Assembly (NCBI GenBank): GCA_023920165.1
Contig: CP089275.1
Span: 3,224,001-3,288,000, forward strand
DNA: 64,000 nucleotides
Source: Curvularia clavata
Lineage: Eukaryota
Direction: 5' to 3'
Part shown: positions 51,823-64,000 of the stretch, one piece after another
Numbering within the stretch: the stretch's first letter is position 1
Layout of the letters: every line of letters begins with the position of its first letter
Translations under genes and position numbers: made by a program
Notes under the pieces: generated by a model
Databases searched by the model: none
Seen by the model: only the letters and a program-made list of their open reading frames with translations
What the model was told of the DNA's origin: nothing

Positions 51823-53388
51823 CTACTGCGGGGATCCAAACAGACCCCTTCGTATCCGGTCGCTGATGCCACCATTACTCGAGCCTGCATCTCCGTTATT
51901 AGACGAGTCGCCTTGGGGAGGGGACTGTGGACCGGAAGATCCTGCACGATCGTCGTGCGTGTCATCTGTCCCCGAACCCGCATTGAACGAACCAGGCATG
52001 TGCGAGGTGGGATCCTCTTGACTACCAGACGGAGCAGGGTTGCTCGACTGGCCCTGACCACCCTTGGTGATACCCTTTCGGCAATGCGGGCACGTATCGT
52101 GCTCGAGCAGCCACGCCGATATGCATGGATGATGGAACCAATGCTTGCAGGGCAGCATCGTCACCTGTTCGCCAATATTGACCTCATCCATGCAAATGCT
52201 GCATTCAGCCTTGTGCTCTTCGCCTAGCATTTCTTCGGTAACTTCCTTCCGGGGTAGGGCGTCGATGTCGGCCTGCGTGGCTGGGCCGGGCGCATTGCTG
52301 GTTGCCGTTTGCTCCATGAGCTGAGAAACGATGCGATCCAGTCCTTCTTGTGAATAAACAAAGTCTCCCATGTTGCCCCCACCAGGGCCCATCATGCCCA
52401 TTGCAGAGAACAGGTTGAGAATAGGGTTGCCCATGAACTGTTCTCCAGGGCCGTGATTGTGCTCGACGCCAAAGACCCGCTGTCCGCCTTGAGGATGGGT
52501 GTGAGCGTGCATGTGGCCTGGGGGCGCGCCGAATGCGGCAAAGAGCCCTGTCATAACGCTATCCACTTTATTAGCATCCATATTATTGTCAACGAGTGGG
52601 CTTGCTTACTTGGTTAGTTCGTCCACAGGTTCGGCCCGCCTACCGCTACTGCCATCTGGAGGGAAAATGCGGACTCCGCCGTGATACGTGAACCTTCCTC
52701 CGCGGATCTGTGGTCCTCCTTGTGCGCCTTGATTTTGTGACTCGTTCGAGCCAGACTGATTCGAATTGGATCCAGGGCCAGAAAAGAGGCCCTCACCCTG
52801 GCCCTGTCCTTGGCTTTGTCCCTGGCCTTGACCCTGCCCCGGATTCTGCTGCTGGCCTTGTGGTCGTAGTGCAGCGCCAGTCAACCCGTTCAGCATGGCC
52901 ATGAAGCCGCCTATAGATCCCGGTGGCATGGGTCCATGGGGAGACACGGACCTGGTAACGGTGGCTTGTAGGTTGTAACGTCCGGGTGCTGTCTGCACAA
53001 AGCGGAAATTGCTAATGTCGTCCTCGTCTGGGTCGTCATTTTGCGACGGATTGTGGTGAGGATGGCCGTGACCTTCTCCGTGACCATGCAAAGAGCCGTC
53101 GTCGTCGTCATGCCCAAACATGATGCTGTCCCGGGGATCGTTGTTTTCTTCTATCTGCTCTGCATTAGCAACAGTTGATTAATGTTCGCTCCGTCTCGTG
53201 TGGTGAGCTGGAAGCTGGGTCTGACGGCTTCCACTCACGATCTCTGTAAAGTCCGAGCCGCACTCTGGGCATGACAAGCCATGTTCATCTCGATACCACT
53301 CGTCGGCGCACTCGTGGCAGAACATCATGTCGCGGTGGCCGGGCTGCCGGGTTTGTGATTGCGCATTTTGGTTGCTTGACTGATCCAT
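51823..53388 (-). CDS. RING-H2 E3 ubiquitin ligase, RNF126/RNF115-like (N-terminal zinc ribbon)
   Basis: Exons 53388-53239, 53154-52610, 52558-51823. N-terminal FCHEC...CPECGSDFTEI; GDFVYSQEGLDRIVSQLME; RING CSIC...LPCKHWFHHPCISAWLLEHDTCPHCR. Confidence 0.92.
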
Positions 53389-54264
53389 GGTAGCGTGCGC
53401 AGCGAGCGTAGAGTAGGATACAAGGTAATAGGAATTGTTCTAGGGCGGTCTGATGCAAGAAACTAGGCAAGGAAGCAGCGTTCTAGTAGCAAAGAGTCGC
53501 AGGCTTGGATCCGCAGCTACCACCGGAGTATAGTAAGGAGATAGCCTTGTCTTGTGCAGGCGGCGGTTGTGCTGTCCAAGCGGGGAGCGCGCTGCGGTAC
53601 AGGCAGGTACGGAATATGGCTGCGAGATCCAAAGGCTTCAAATAGGATGCCAGTCGGGGGTGAGGAGGCGTCAAGACGAAGCTTGCAGCGAGATTTGGTG
53701 GCTTGGAGCCGAACTTGTCAGAGGCAGATGACGTTGTTATCACAGCAGGGTCCAGCGATTTCGCCCCGCCGCACTGCCCTGGACGGACGATCGCAGTTGG
53801 GCTAACGAGGGATGGGAAAACACGCCGGATTCGTGGGAGCGCAGTGGAGAGAGTCAAGGCAAGATGGCAGTCAAGTTGCTTCGTGTGTGCCTTTTTGTTT
53901 GCGACAATGGCCCGTTGTCTGGTTCTGACTCCGGGCCTGTTCCGCTGCTTGCTGTCTCCGAGGTTTCGGTCGTATTCTACTTGGTTCCAGGTCCACCCAT
54001 CTACAGAAGCCATCACGTTCAAACAAGACAGCAGACGCCGAAATCCGCTAGGGCTCGTTTCGTAGTCACAACAAGAATCGGAGGATTTTCCTTATCTACA
54101 TACAAAGATTCAAATGCCACGATGGTTGACCATCTCGGCCAGAGGTATAGAGCCCGCCAACGCCTGTCCATGTGTTTGTATCATCAACGTGGGTAAATGC
54201 CAATCTTCTCACCATTCATCCATCTTCATGTAGATTGAGAACCGTTGCTGAGATGACGGCGCTT

Positions 54265-55274
<1,010 letters not shown>

Positions 55275-55989
55275 ATGCTTCTCGACGAAGATCCCGCTTC
55301 TGTAAGGACACCCGATCCATGCGACTTTTTTACAGTGACTAACGCAATAACAGCTCATTGCGCAATGTACCTCACACTTCAAGATTGGCAATGACAAGAC
55401 CTCGCTCCACCGCATCAACGAGGCCCACAGCACCCTGAGCGAGTTCCGCACACAACACCTTCGCTCCATCCAGTCATCTCTCAGCGCCCTGAACCGGACG
55501 CACCAAACACTCTCTGCAAACCACAGCCACATCCTATCCCAGCACAACCCGACCAACCATGCTGCCGAAATACTCAGGCTCGACACGGAGAAGTTCAAGA
55601 TTGCGAAACAGGCGAGCGATCTGGAGATTGAAGGTGAGAGGTTGCAGAGCGACTTGGCACGGCTAGGGAGTGTAGCCAGCGAGCTGGAAGAGGAGGGTGT
55701 TGAAGGCGGCGTTGAACCTCGAGCAGATGAGGATGCTGCAGTGTAAGTCACATGTTTTCCATCCCACCATCTCAAGTACAAAACCATACACATAGATGCT
55801 AACATGCACTTTAGACTAAAACTTAAACTCTACCGCACTCTCGGCATCGACGTCGAAGCTGACCCCACGACCGGCGAGTACAACAAGGCCGTTATCCGCA
55901 ACGCCGCAAAAGGAGATGTGCATGTCGTCAACATCGACCCCAAATTCTCTCGACATTTTTACACAAACTACTTCTGGCGGACGCTGTGA
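55275..55989 (+). CDS. SPC24: Kinetochore Ndc80-complex subunit Spc24
   Basis: Exons 55275-55301, 55354-55742, 55815-55989. MLLDEDPASLI, a coiled coil (LDTEKFKIAKQASDLE), and C-terminal LKLYRTLGI...GDVHVVNIDPKFSRHFYTNYFW. Confidence 0.9.
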
Positions 55990-56459
55990 GGCAGTGTCGA
56001 ACGACTTGCTTAAATCTAGTTCCAGCACTGTGCGCAAAATGCTGTTTGTATAATGGCACTTGGAACTTGGGGATACGGCGTTTATTTATGACCTGATTTC
56101 GAGATACCTTTTTCTTGTTCAAAGGCGTTAGGCTGGTATCGTTGCATCAATTCCATGGCGCAACTTGTGTAGTTTTTGAACACGAGATCAATACCCTATA
56201 TCAATAAATATACTACAGAACGAAACACCTGCAGACGAGAATGGACGCTGAGTTTGCAGACTGAGCAGCATTACCAGGTACCTGCATAGTAACAGAACAC
56301 TATGTAGGTATCATCATACTTAATATGCGGAATAGCAACGAGCGAGGAATACTCGACAGGTGGAAGTCGGTTGAATCCCAGATATTCCCACAAACACACA
56401 AAACACCAAAAGGCATGTCTCAATGAACAGAGTCAAATTCTATAATTCTATTTCCAAGT

Positions 56460-58166
56460 CTAAGCGTCCAAAACGCTCAGCATCTCCTCTACACTCTGGA
56501 ACTTCTCTCTCTGCTTCCCCTTCGCCCTCCCCCTCTTCCGCTCCGCATCATCAATCCTCTTCCAGTCCGACCACGCAAGCGGCCTAACGCCCTTGCTCTC
56601 CACAGAATCCCTGACACCTTCCCATCCCAGACCCGTGCTTCTACCGCTGCCATCTTTGTCATTCAAAAACGGCACGCCCGCCTCCCAATCATGAGCGATA
56701 ATATCAGCAGAGGCGAAAGCATCCTGCATGGTACTTGCTATGACACCAGTTGGCCCACGTTTGACCCAGCCAGCGCAGTACAAACCAGAGACGTGGCCGG
56801 CTGTCAGGTTCCCGGGACCAGCCGATGGTGTGATAACACGTCCGTGCATGTCGTTGGGGATGATGCCCAACTTGTTGTCAAAAGGAACACCAATGTCCGA
56901 AAGCCCAGGAAGGGCTGTCGACTTGTAGCCTACTGACCTAAAAGCTAGAGAGGCTTGCATTTTGGTCTCTTCGGATGTAGGAACAACACGAGTTCGTTGA
57001 TCAAAGGGATCCCCATCAGGTACAAAAGTCTGCTTAGTAAAGGTTATCGAGGAGAGATGGTCCGTGTCGGCGAGCATGGCTTTGGGTGCTTGCATGAATT
57101 CGAGAGCCCAAGATCGTGAGGCATCTTGGGCGGATGTCTTAGAGCCCTTGAGAAGGACTTCGGCAATGCGTTTCTGCACGCGGGGCAGCTTCTTGATGTC
57201 CGCGGGATACAAGCAGCGGTCAATGGGTTCAAATGCCACAGATGGTATCTGCATGAGCTCGCGTGCTTCTTTGACCGTAAACGCCGCCTGGATATTCGTC
57301 AGCGTTGCGCTGCAGACTGTAAGAGTGTTTTTTTAACCTACTTGTATTGGACCACGTCTTCCAACTACCCGTACAGACCGAACCCTGCTGTCAGAGAGCG
57401 CCTGAATGGCCTGTTCCGCAATGTCTGTACCGCGGAGCGCATCTACAGGGCTCAACAAAATTCGTGCAACGTCTAGGGCCACATTTCCTTGACCTATCAC
57501 CACCGCCTGCTCGCCGGCTTGTAGGTTTGGGTTCAAGCCTTGGAACTGTGGTAGACCATTGTACCATCCGACAAATGATCTAGCCGAATACACACCTGGC
57601 AGATCCTCTCCTGGGATGCCGAGCTGCCTGTCTTCACTGGCGCCATATGAGAAGAGAATGGCATCGTAGTGGGGCTTCATCTTGGCCAATTCGACATCGT
57701 ATCCGACCTTGACGTTACCAATGTAGTTGAAGCGCGGCGACTGAGCAACCTCTTCAAAGGTATCTTGACAGTTCTTGACCTCTGGATGGTCGGGCGCTAC
57801 ACCGTAGCGGACGAGTCCATAGGGTACTGGAAGCTGCTCGTACATGTCGACAACGGCATCCTGGTTCTTATTCATGAGCCGGTAGGCAGTGTAGAAGCCT
57901 GCCGGACCAGAACCGATGATGGCGACACGGAGGGGACCCCGCGCATGCGTTGCTGTGCTGTACTCATGGTGCGGGGAGACGAAGGGTGCCGAGAGTGTAA
58001 AAGAAGCTGGATGCGCTATCGCTGGTCGGACTCGCGCAGCACTGATGCTTGTCGTATTTTGGGATACAGCGACAGCATGGCTCAAGCGCGCCGGTATATT
58101 TGTTATTCGTCGCGCGCAGCTTGCACAGACATAGTGCGTTTTCCCGAAGTGGCGTGAAAGGAACAT
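56460..58166 (-). CDS. ARH1: Mitochondrial NADPH:adrenodoxin (ferredoxin) oxidoreductase
   Basis: Exons 58166-57342 and 57287-56460. Arg/Ser-rich presequence; IIGSGPAGFY; PYGLVRYGVAPDHPEVKN; IGQGNVALDVARIL; GWVKRGPTGVI. Confidence 0.95.
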
Positions 58167-58766
58167 GGCGTGAAGGACCTTGCAGACGATAGCGTCAATC
58201 ACGATTCCAAGAGGTCGGAAGATGACTAAGGCCTCCGCGCCGGTTGAGTTTTCGTAGACTCACACTCCCAATTTAAGTTATACATCCAAGGATGTTTTCC
58301 ATGTCATCTCGGAAAAGATGATATGCATTTTTCTCCGAAAGAGCCGCATATTGCCGAACTGCGGTTGTGACAACAGCTCGGCCTGCAGATCCGATGGGCG
58401 GCCAGGAACACACCCACCAGACGGCTATCACCATGCATGTCGGGCACAACCCGCACAGCCCCCCACACGTTCCTGGTTACCGTGGGTTTCAGCAGCTCGT
58501 GGCTGTCACTAGTCAATGCATTGGTCCGTCCCAGCCGTGCGTCTTCACGTCATGGCGGTACGGGATTTGCATTGGTCGACTATTGATTGTTGTCATAGCA
58601 ACCCCAATATTTACCTACATATCCCACTCTGTCCGCACGCAGGCCCATGTACCTGCGCTGGCATCTGCATTCCTGTTTAACAGGCGAAAGAAAACTTCGC
58701 CACCTCCTGGGCTGACGGTCGTGTGCTGAAGGTCTTCTTGTCGCTTCTCCGCTCTCTATCGCAACA

Positions 58767-60922
58767 ATGGCGGGCCGCTGGCAGCCCTATACATTTGCAC
58801 ACGCAAATCCAATGACTTCAATGGCAGACATAGATCCTTCCCGGCCCACATTTGACCCAAAGGCAGTTACCAGGGCCAGCCGCATGCCTCCCCCGCCGCC
58901 CAAGAAGAAGCCAGAGGGGCCGTTGATTGACTTCAACAAGCATCCAGACAGCTTCCTCATCCTTCCCTATGGAAACACCAACGCCAAACCCATGAGCCCA
59001 AAGACAAGATTCATCATCGATGTTGCGCGATGGACACAGTTCGGCCTGCGAATCATCACCATCTTAGGCGCAGTTGGAGTATTGCTATGTGGCATCTTCA
59101 TTCGTGGGGCACAGGACACAGAAGGGTACATAATGCGGATACCAGTAAGTGCCCAGGAAGAGACTCGCACATCCATCACTAACAAATGTAGCCTGGTGTG
59201 GACCTCGTCATCTCGTTGTATGCCATATACCACTTGATCCGTAATCCCAAGAATCGACCAGCAGGCAGCTCAGCCAGCTACCATTTCTTTGCGCTCGTCA
59301 CTGATGCCGGCTTTATTCCTTTCTATGTCTTTACTGTCTTGATGGCTCGACGGAACTACGATATGAAGCCCGGAGACAAGGGACGCTGGATCACCATGTT
59401 TCCCACAGACGCCGAGACTAACAAGGTTCTCTTTACTACCTGGATTACCGCCATTGCCGTTGGATCTCTGCACCTAGTTTCAACATTTTTGGATATGTAC
59501 ATGGCTCTCATATTCCGCAAGATTGCAAAGCTGCCTCCAGACATGAATCCGCTCGAGAGCAACCTCACATCGCGCAGAAAGGCCAAGCACAAGCACAAGA
59601 ACTCATCGATTTCGGCCATGCAGCCACTTACTGGTGACGAAAAGAGTGGCGACCGGAATACAATTTATAGTGACCGAAATTCGAAAGCTGAGTCATACTA
59701 TCCGGACGTTCCAAGCCCGACCAAGGATCAAATTGCCTTCATCCACACACGCACAAAGTCTGACACTGTCTACTCGCCACATACCCCAGCGTCGGCTCGT
59801 CAGTCCAAGGAACGTTTCTCCATGTATTCTCAGCCGCCTTCAGCACACCAGTCCCGCAAGAACCTCAACCATCGCGATGATCTCCTTCGCGACGAGGATG
59901 ATAACCTCACTTTGGCCCAGCGCAAGTCCATGCTCACTAACCAGGGCAACATCAAACGACACTCACGCGCCAACTCCCGTGTTACCACCGCAAGCAAGAA
60001 GGAACAGTACACTGCCTATTCGCCTGTGAAACAGGAAGAGAAAGAAGAAGCGACAGGCGATCTCTCCATGCAGCGAAACTCACAGCAAAGCCTTAAGGAT
60101 GACAACTGGTTCGTTCAGGCCGAACATGACGATGATGACCACCACCACCATGCCGCACCACCACCAAAGCAATCCATCTTTGCCTCTGCCAACGCTGCTA
60201 AAGGCTACAGCAGCGTAACCGCCTACGAAGTTGTCTCCGACCCAGAAGACGAAGCCGATGCCGACGCCCAAGACGCAATGCTCCCCCGACCTCTCCGCAT
60301 GAACCCCCCGTCTCTCACCGACATGGCCCAACACTACCAACAAAACACGTCACCGCCCTCATACCCGCAATCCAACGCCCCCTACTCGCACGCCCTGCCT
60401 ACCGCCTCCCCCGAGCGCCCACACTCTCGCTCCAGCACCCCCAAATCCCGACGCTACGGCAACCTCCAAGAAGCCGCCGCTGCCGTCCGCTCCGGCCAGT
60501 CTCCTCTGTCTACTTCTTCCAATTCCTCCCCTACCAAGGGCTCTTCCTTCCGCCGCCAACCCAACCATTTCCCCAGCGCCACAAAACAATACTCTGTCAA
60601 CGGCCCCGTCGTCTCTTCCCCCGCTATCTCCGCCCCTTTCTCCCTCAACAAAAAATCTTACACCTCTATCAAGCGCACTGGCGAGGCCAATTCTATTCCT
60701 GTCAAGCATCACCAGTCTCCGCGTGTGATTAGCAGGAGTGGTGTTGATTACAATGGTGCGTTTGCGTTTGATGGTGATGACGGCGCCGATTTGGGGGTTC
60801 CGATGATGGGACGCAGGAGAGATGTTAGTGGTAAGGTTGCCGAGGAAGGAAGGGGTGGAATGGGTTGGGAAGGGAGTGGCATCGTGCAGAGGAAGGTGAG
60901 TGGTGTTGCACAGGCTTATTGA
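58767..60922 (+). CDS. Hypothetical membrane protein (~4 N-terminal TM helices, long disordered Ser/Pro-rich tail)
   Basis: Exons 58767-59144 and 59192-60922. Four hydrophobic segments, then FRKIAKLPPDMNPLE; C-terminal RDVSGKVAEEGR. Confidence 0.85.
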
Positions 60923-61671
60923 GCATCGCGAGTAAGAATTTTTTGATTGTGTGAATCATTGTCCGGGTTTGAAATTTTTGTTGGGAATGGCGACAGCATG
61001 GAGTCCTTGTTATTTGCTTCTTTTTTTTCAGCGGGGGGATATTCGAATGTATTTATGATATACTTGGGATGAAAGCGCCCTGTGGGAATGATCGATGGAT
61101 GATGGGTTAGCAGGGTCAGGGATTTTTTGATATCCAAGCTGAGAGAGTCTTGAGGAAACATAGGTAGGCGTTTTCTAGTTATACGCTCTGGACCAGACCA
61201 TGAATGCAACAACGAATAATGGCATCACACGCATTTTGCATCATCACCTTGACCATGATCCTCTTTTTCTTGATTTGTTTTAATTGATCGCTCATCTTCG
61301 TGTAATCGTTACATAGTCATAATGTTCTTGCTCGTCAAAAGCAACGAACGCCCCAAACCGACTTTTATGTACAAACAAGGCCCAGGCCCAGCACACGTAG
61401 TCTTAATGAAAGCAGCCAGCCAAGCCAAGTCCATAAAAACAATGATGAACATCAGTGAATCCTCCCAGCTATCCAGAGTTTGGATGAAGACAAGCAGCCA
61501 GTGAGTGCTCCGTATGCAGTGAGACAAGTGATATACATCAATGAGTTAAGAAGAAAGACAGCATGCTCATAATAGGTATCAGGACGCCACCCATGCAATG
61601 CAATGCTATGGTCGAGCCGTGAGAATAGTGTTAAGAAAAAAGAACCAAATCACCGCGCAAAACCGCTCCCA

Positions 61672-63094
61672 CTATCTCGCGGGGTAAGCTGGATAAGGCC
61701 CATGTTGGTGGTGGTGAGGAGGAGCTGGCATAGCAGAATGATATACCACGTGTTTTTCCTGGGAAGGATATGCTTCAAACATGACACGTCTCTGAGGTGC
61801 CTCGGTCCGAAGAGGACTGGGTTCAGGTGGTCCTGTGGGAAAACGCTGTGAGTTGTTTGGACTGCTCATAAATAACAGCGTGTCTACCGCATCCTTCTCT
61901 GCTTGTTGACTGGGCATGCGTAGGATCCCTGCCCTGGGAGTGGCTGGTGATCGCATGTCCCCGCTCAGATCACTGTAATATTTTCTTTGGCCGGTTCCCA
62001 AAAGTGGAGGGGGCACATGAGAGACGGTAGTACGGCGTCTTCGCCCGTTTTGGAATGTGGGGACTGAAGGGAGACCATGGCCATAGCCATGCTGAGCACC
62101 AGTGATGGAGAGGAGGTTTGCAGTGGCATGCATTGCAGGCCGTGTAGCCGGTGTCCAGTATGCTATTAATTGTTAGCAATGTCCTTGTCAAAAAGGTAGA
62201 AAAGCTTACTGCCTGGTGTTCCTCCGTGTGATCGCGTCTGATCTGAGACCGGTGACATGATCATCTGGTCAGATATATCCGAAACCCCGCTCGGCCTCCT
62301 TCGTCGGTCCATATCAGCAGGGGAGTCAAATGCCAACGAGTCGCCCCTTCCAGGAGCAGAGTTGGGCGAACCACGCTGAGATTGGCTCTCTTCTAGTTCT
62401 TCGAGCGACTGCTTCTCCCAGCCGTTCTGGACCTTGACCATGGCGTAGGAAAGACGCGTCTTGAGCTGGGCAGATAGCTGCAAAGGCATCAGCATTCAGT
62501 CACACGGACATGGATCCAGACGACAAACCTCTCCAATGCGAGTACCAGAGTGTGTGTCCATGCTCTTATTTCTCTTGTGGGCCGCCATGGGTCTGTAGGA
62601 AGCAGGGGCTTCCAATACCACGCCGGCAGTTTTCAAAGATCCGTCTGCGGTTCTCTTGGAGCCTTGGGTTGCTGGAGACTCGAGGGATTTGGGGCTCGCT
62701 GCGGTGTCACCGGATGGCGACTCTTTGACGGGTGCGGTGTCGATGCGCGGTGCCGCTCGCGCGTCTACGCCAGACGTCTTGGCCGGCTGTTCAAGCATTG
62801 GCGTTGGTGCGACGGCAGATTTGCCCTGGCTCTCTACATGGGTCGAGGAAGGGGCAGTGCTTTCGGTCTCTGTTGTTGTCGAAGTAGAGAGAGTACTCGA
62901 AGAAGAGGCCAAGGCGGGAGCGGAAAAGGTACTGGACACGGCCGAGTGATTTGAATCCTGCGAAGCCCGGAAGTCTGGGTTTTCCGGACTAGCAATGGAT
63001 GCTGGAATAGCAGCGTCAGGGGCTTCTGATTGCGCAATGGACATGTGAGTACCACGGTAAGAGCTCGGCTTGGGAAACGCGACTTACGCATCAT
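61672..63094 (-). CDS. Whi5/Nrm1-family G1/S transcriptional repressor (GTB motif)
   Basis: Exons 63094-63088, 63025-62529, 62477-62210, 62162-61672. Motif LSAQLKTRLSYAMVKVQNGWEKQSLEELE; C-terminal DAVDTLLFMSSP; many S/T-P sites. Confidence 0.85.
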
Positions 63095-64000
63095 GGACGG
63101 ACGTGGCGGCGGGGTAGGAGACAGAAGCAGCAGCTAGTGGTTAAAACAGGCGTCGGGAACAGGCTCCAGAAACACAATTTGGACACGGCAATATTGATGG
63201 GAGCAAACAGGTAACAAGGCAAGGATATCCAGGGCGGCAATGGGCGTCGTCTGGCGAGGGAGCGATGGTCGGAGACGTGTCGCTGTGGGTGCGCTCTACG
63301 CGAAATAGCAGCGGGTAGAAACGCGAACGGGCGGGCTTAGTTCCCCGTTGGGAAGCGGCAGAGACAGCAGGCGAGGACGCGAGGAATAGTCGGCGACAGG
63401 GCAAGGGGGCGGAGATGGGCTGCAAGGCTTCACAGTCGCGTCCGGGTCTTGTATGAGGGCAGAATCGGGGGGGTTATCTTGGGCGTCGAGTGACTGAGGG
63501 CATTTGTGAGCCGCGCGGTCATGTGCTCTCCGACGCGTGCGCTTTAGTGGGTGGCGATCACGCCAACATGCACCATTCCAATAGTGGGCGGTAAGAGCGC
63601 CTGCATGCCTCCAATCTGCAGCCGAACGGCTGGTCTAAGCAGAGTTTTCGAGGTAAGCCTGCCATCGAAACCTGTCCGCCCATCGGATGCCTATGATTGT
63701 GTCTGTTGGGCTACCCCACTACCTGCTAATATTAGCTCTCGTTGCTTTCGAGTAACTGCACGAGAGAGGAGAACACATGTCAACGGGAACAAATGGCCAA
63801 AACGAAATTTCGGTTTGCAATCTGGGGAAGATAGTCGAGACTCTAATTACATGGCATTGTGACTAAAAAATGCTTCAACACCACCAGAAGTGACATGGGC
63901 CAAAAGCAATGAATTGAATATACGATTCAGCGCCAACCTCTATACGCTGCTGCTGCTGCTGCTGTTGTAGTAGTCCCACTTGGGGAGCTTCATGGTTCCC

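Overview
Eukaryotic, intron-containing DNA from a filamentous ascomycete (short GT..AG introns with CTAAC/CTGAC branch sites). A Dothideomycete/Pleosporales origin is my inference from gene style, not proven. The window has two characters. The left ~32 kb is accessory-like: a secreted 5-LysM protein, a proteinase-K-type subtilisin, a pepsin-fold protein lacking its first catalytic Asp, a peroxisomal thiolase, a HET-E/NWD-type NLR (NACHT_N-NACHT-12 WD40) bracketed by two inverted copies of a ~420-bp LTR-like repeat, a Met-rich putative GPI protein, a HET-domain gene, and a prion-like/glycine-zipper/His-repeat protein. The right ~32 kb is core: EMW1/TTC27, a medA-type transcription factor with a ~4.6-kb gene-free upstream region, a long coiled-coil protein, an RNF126-like RING E3, FIS1, SPC24, ARH1, a conserved-looking membrane protein and a Whi5-like repressor. 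The best second-look items are the inverted-repeat-flanked NLR with shuffled, RIP-marked WD40 repeats, the apparently catalytically dead secreted aspartic protease, and the HET gene next to the glycine-zipper/His-repeat gene. All exon structures were inferred by eye, and no database searches were run.
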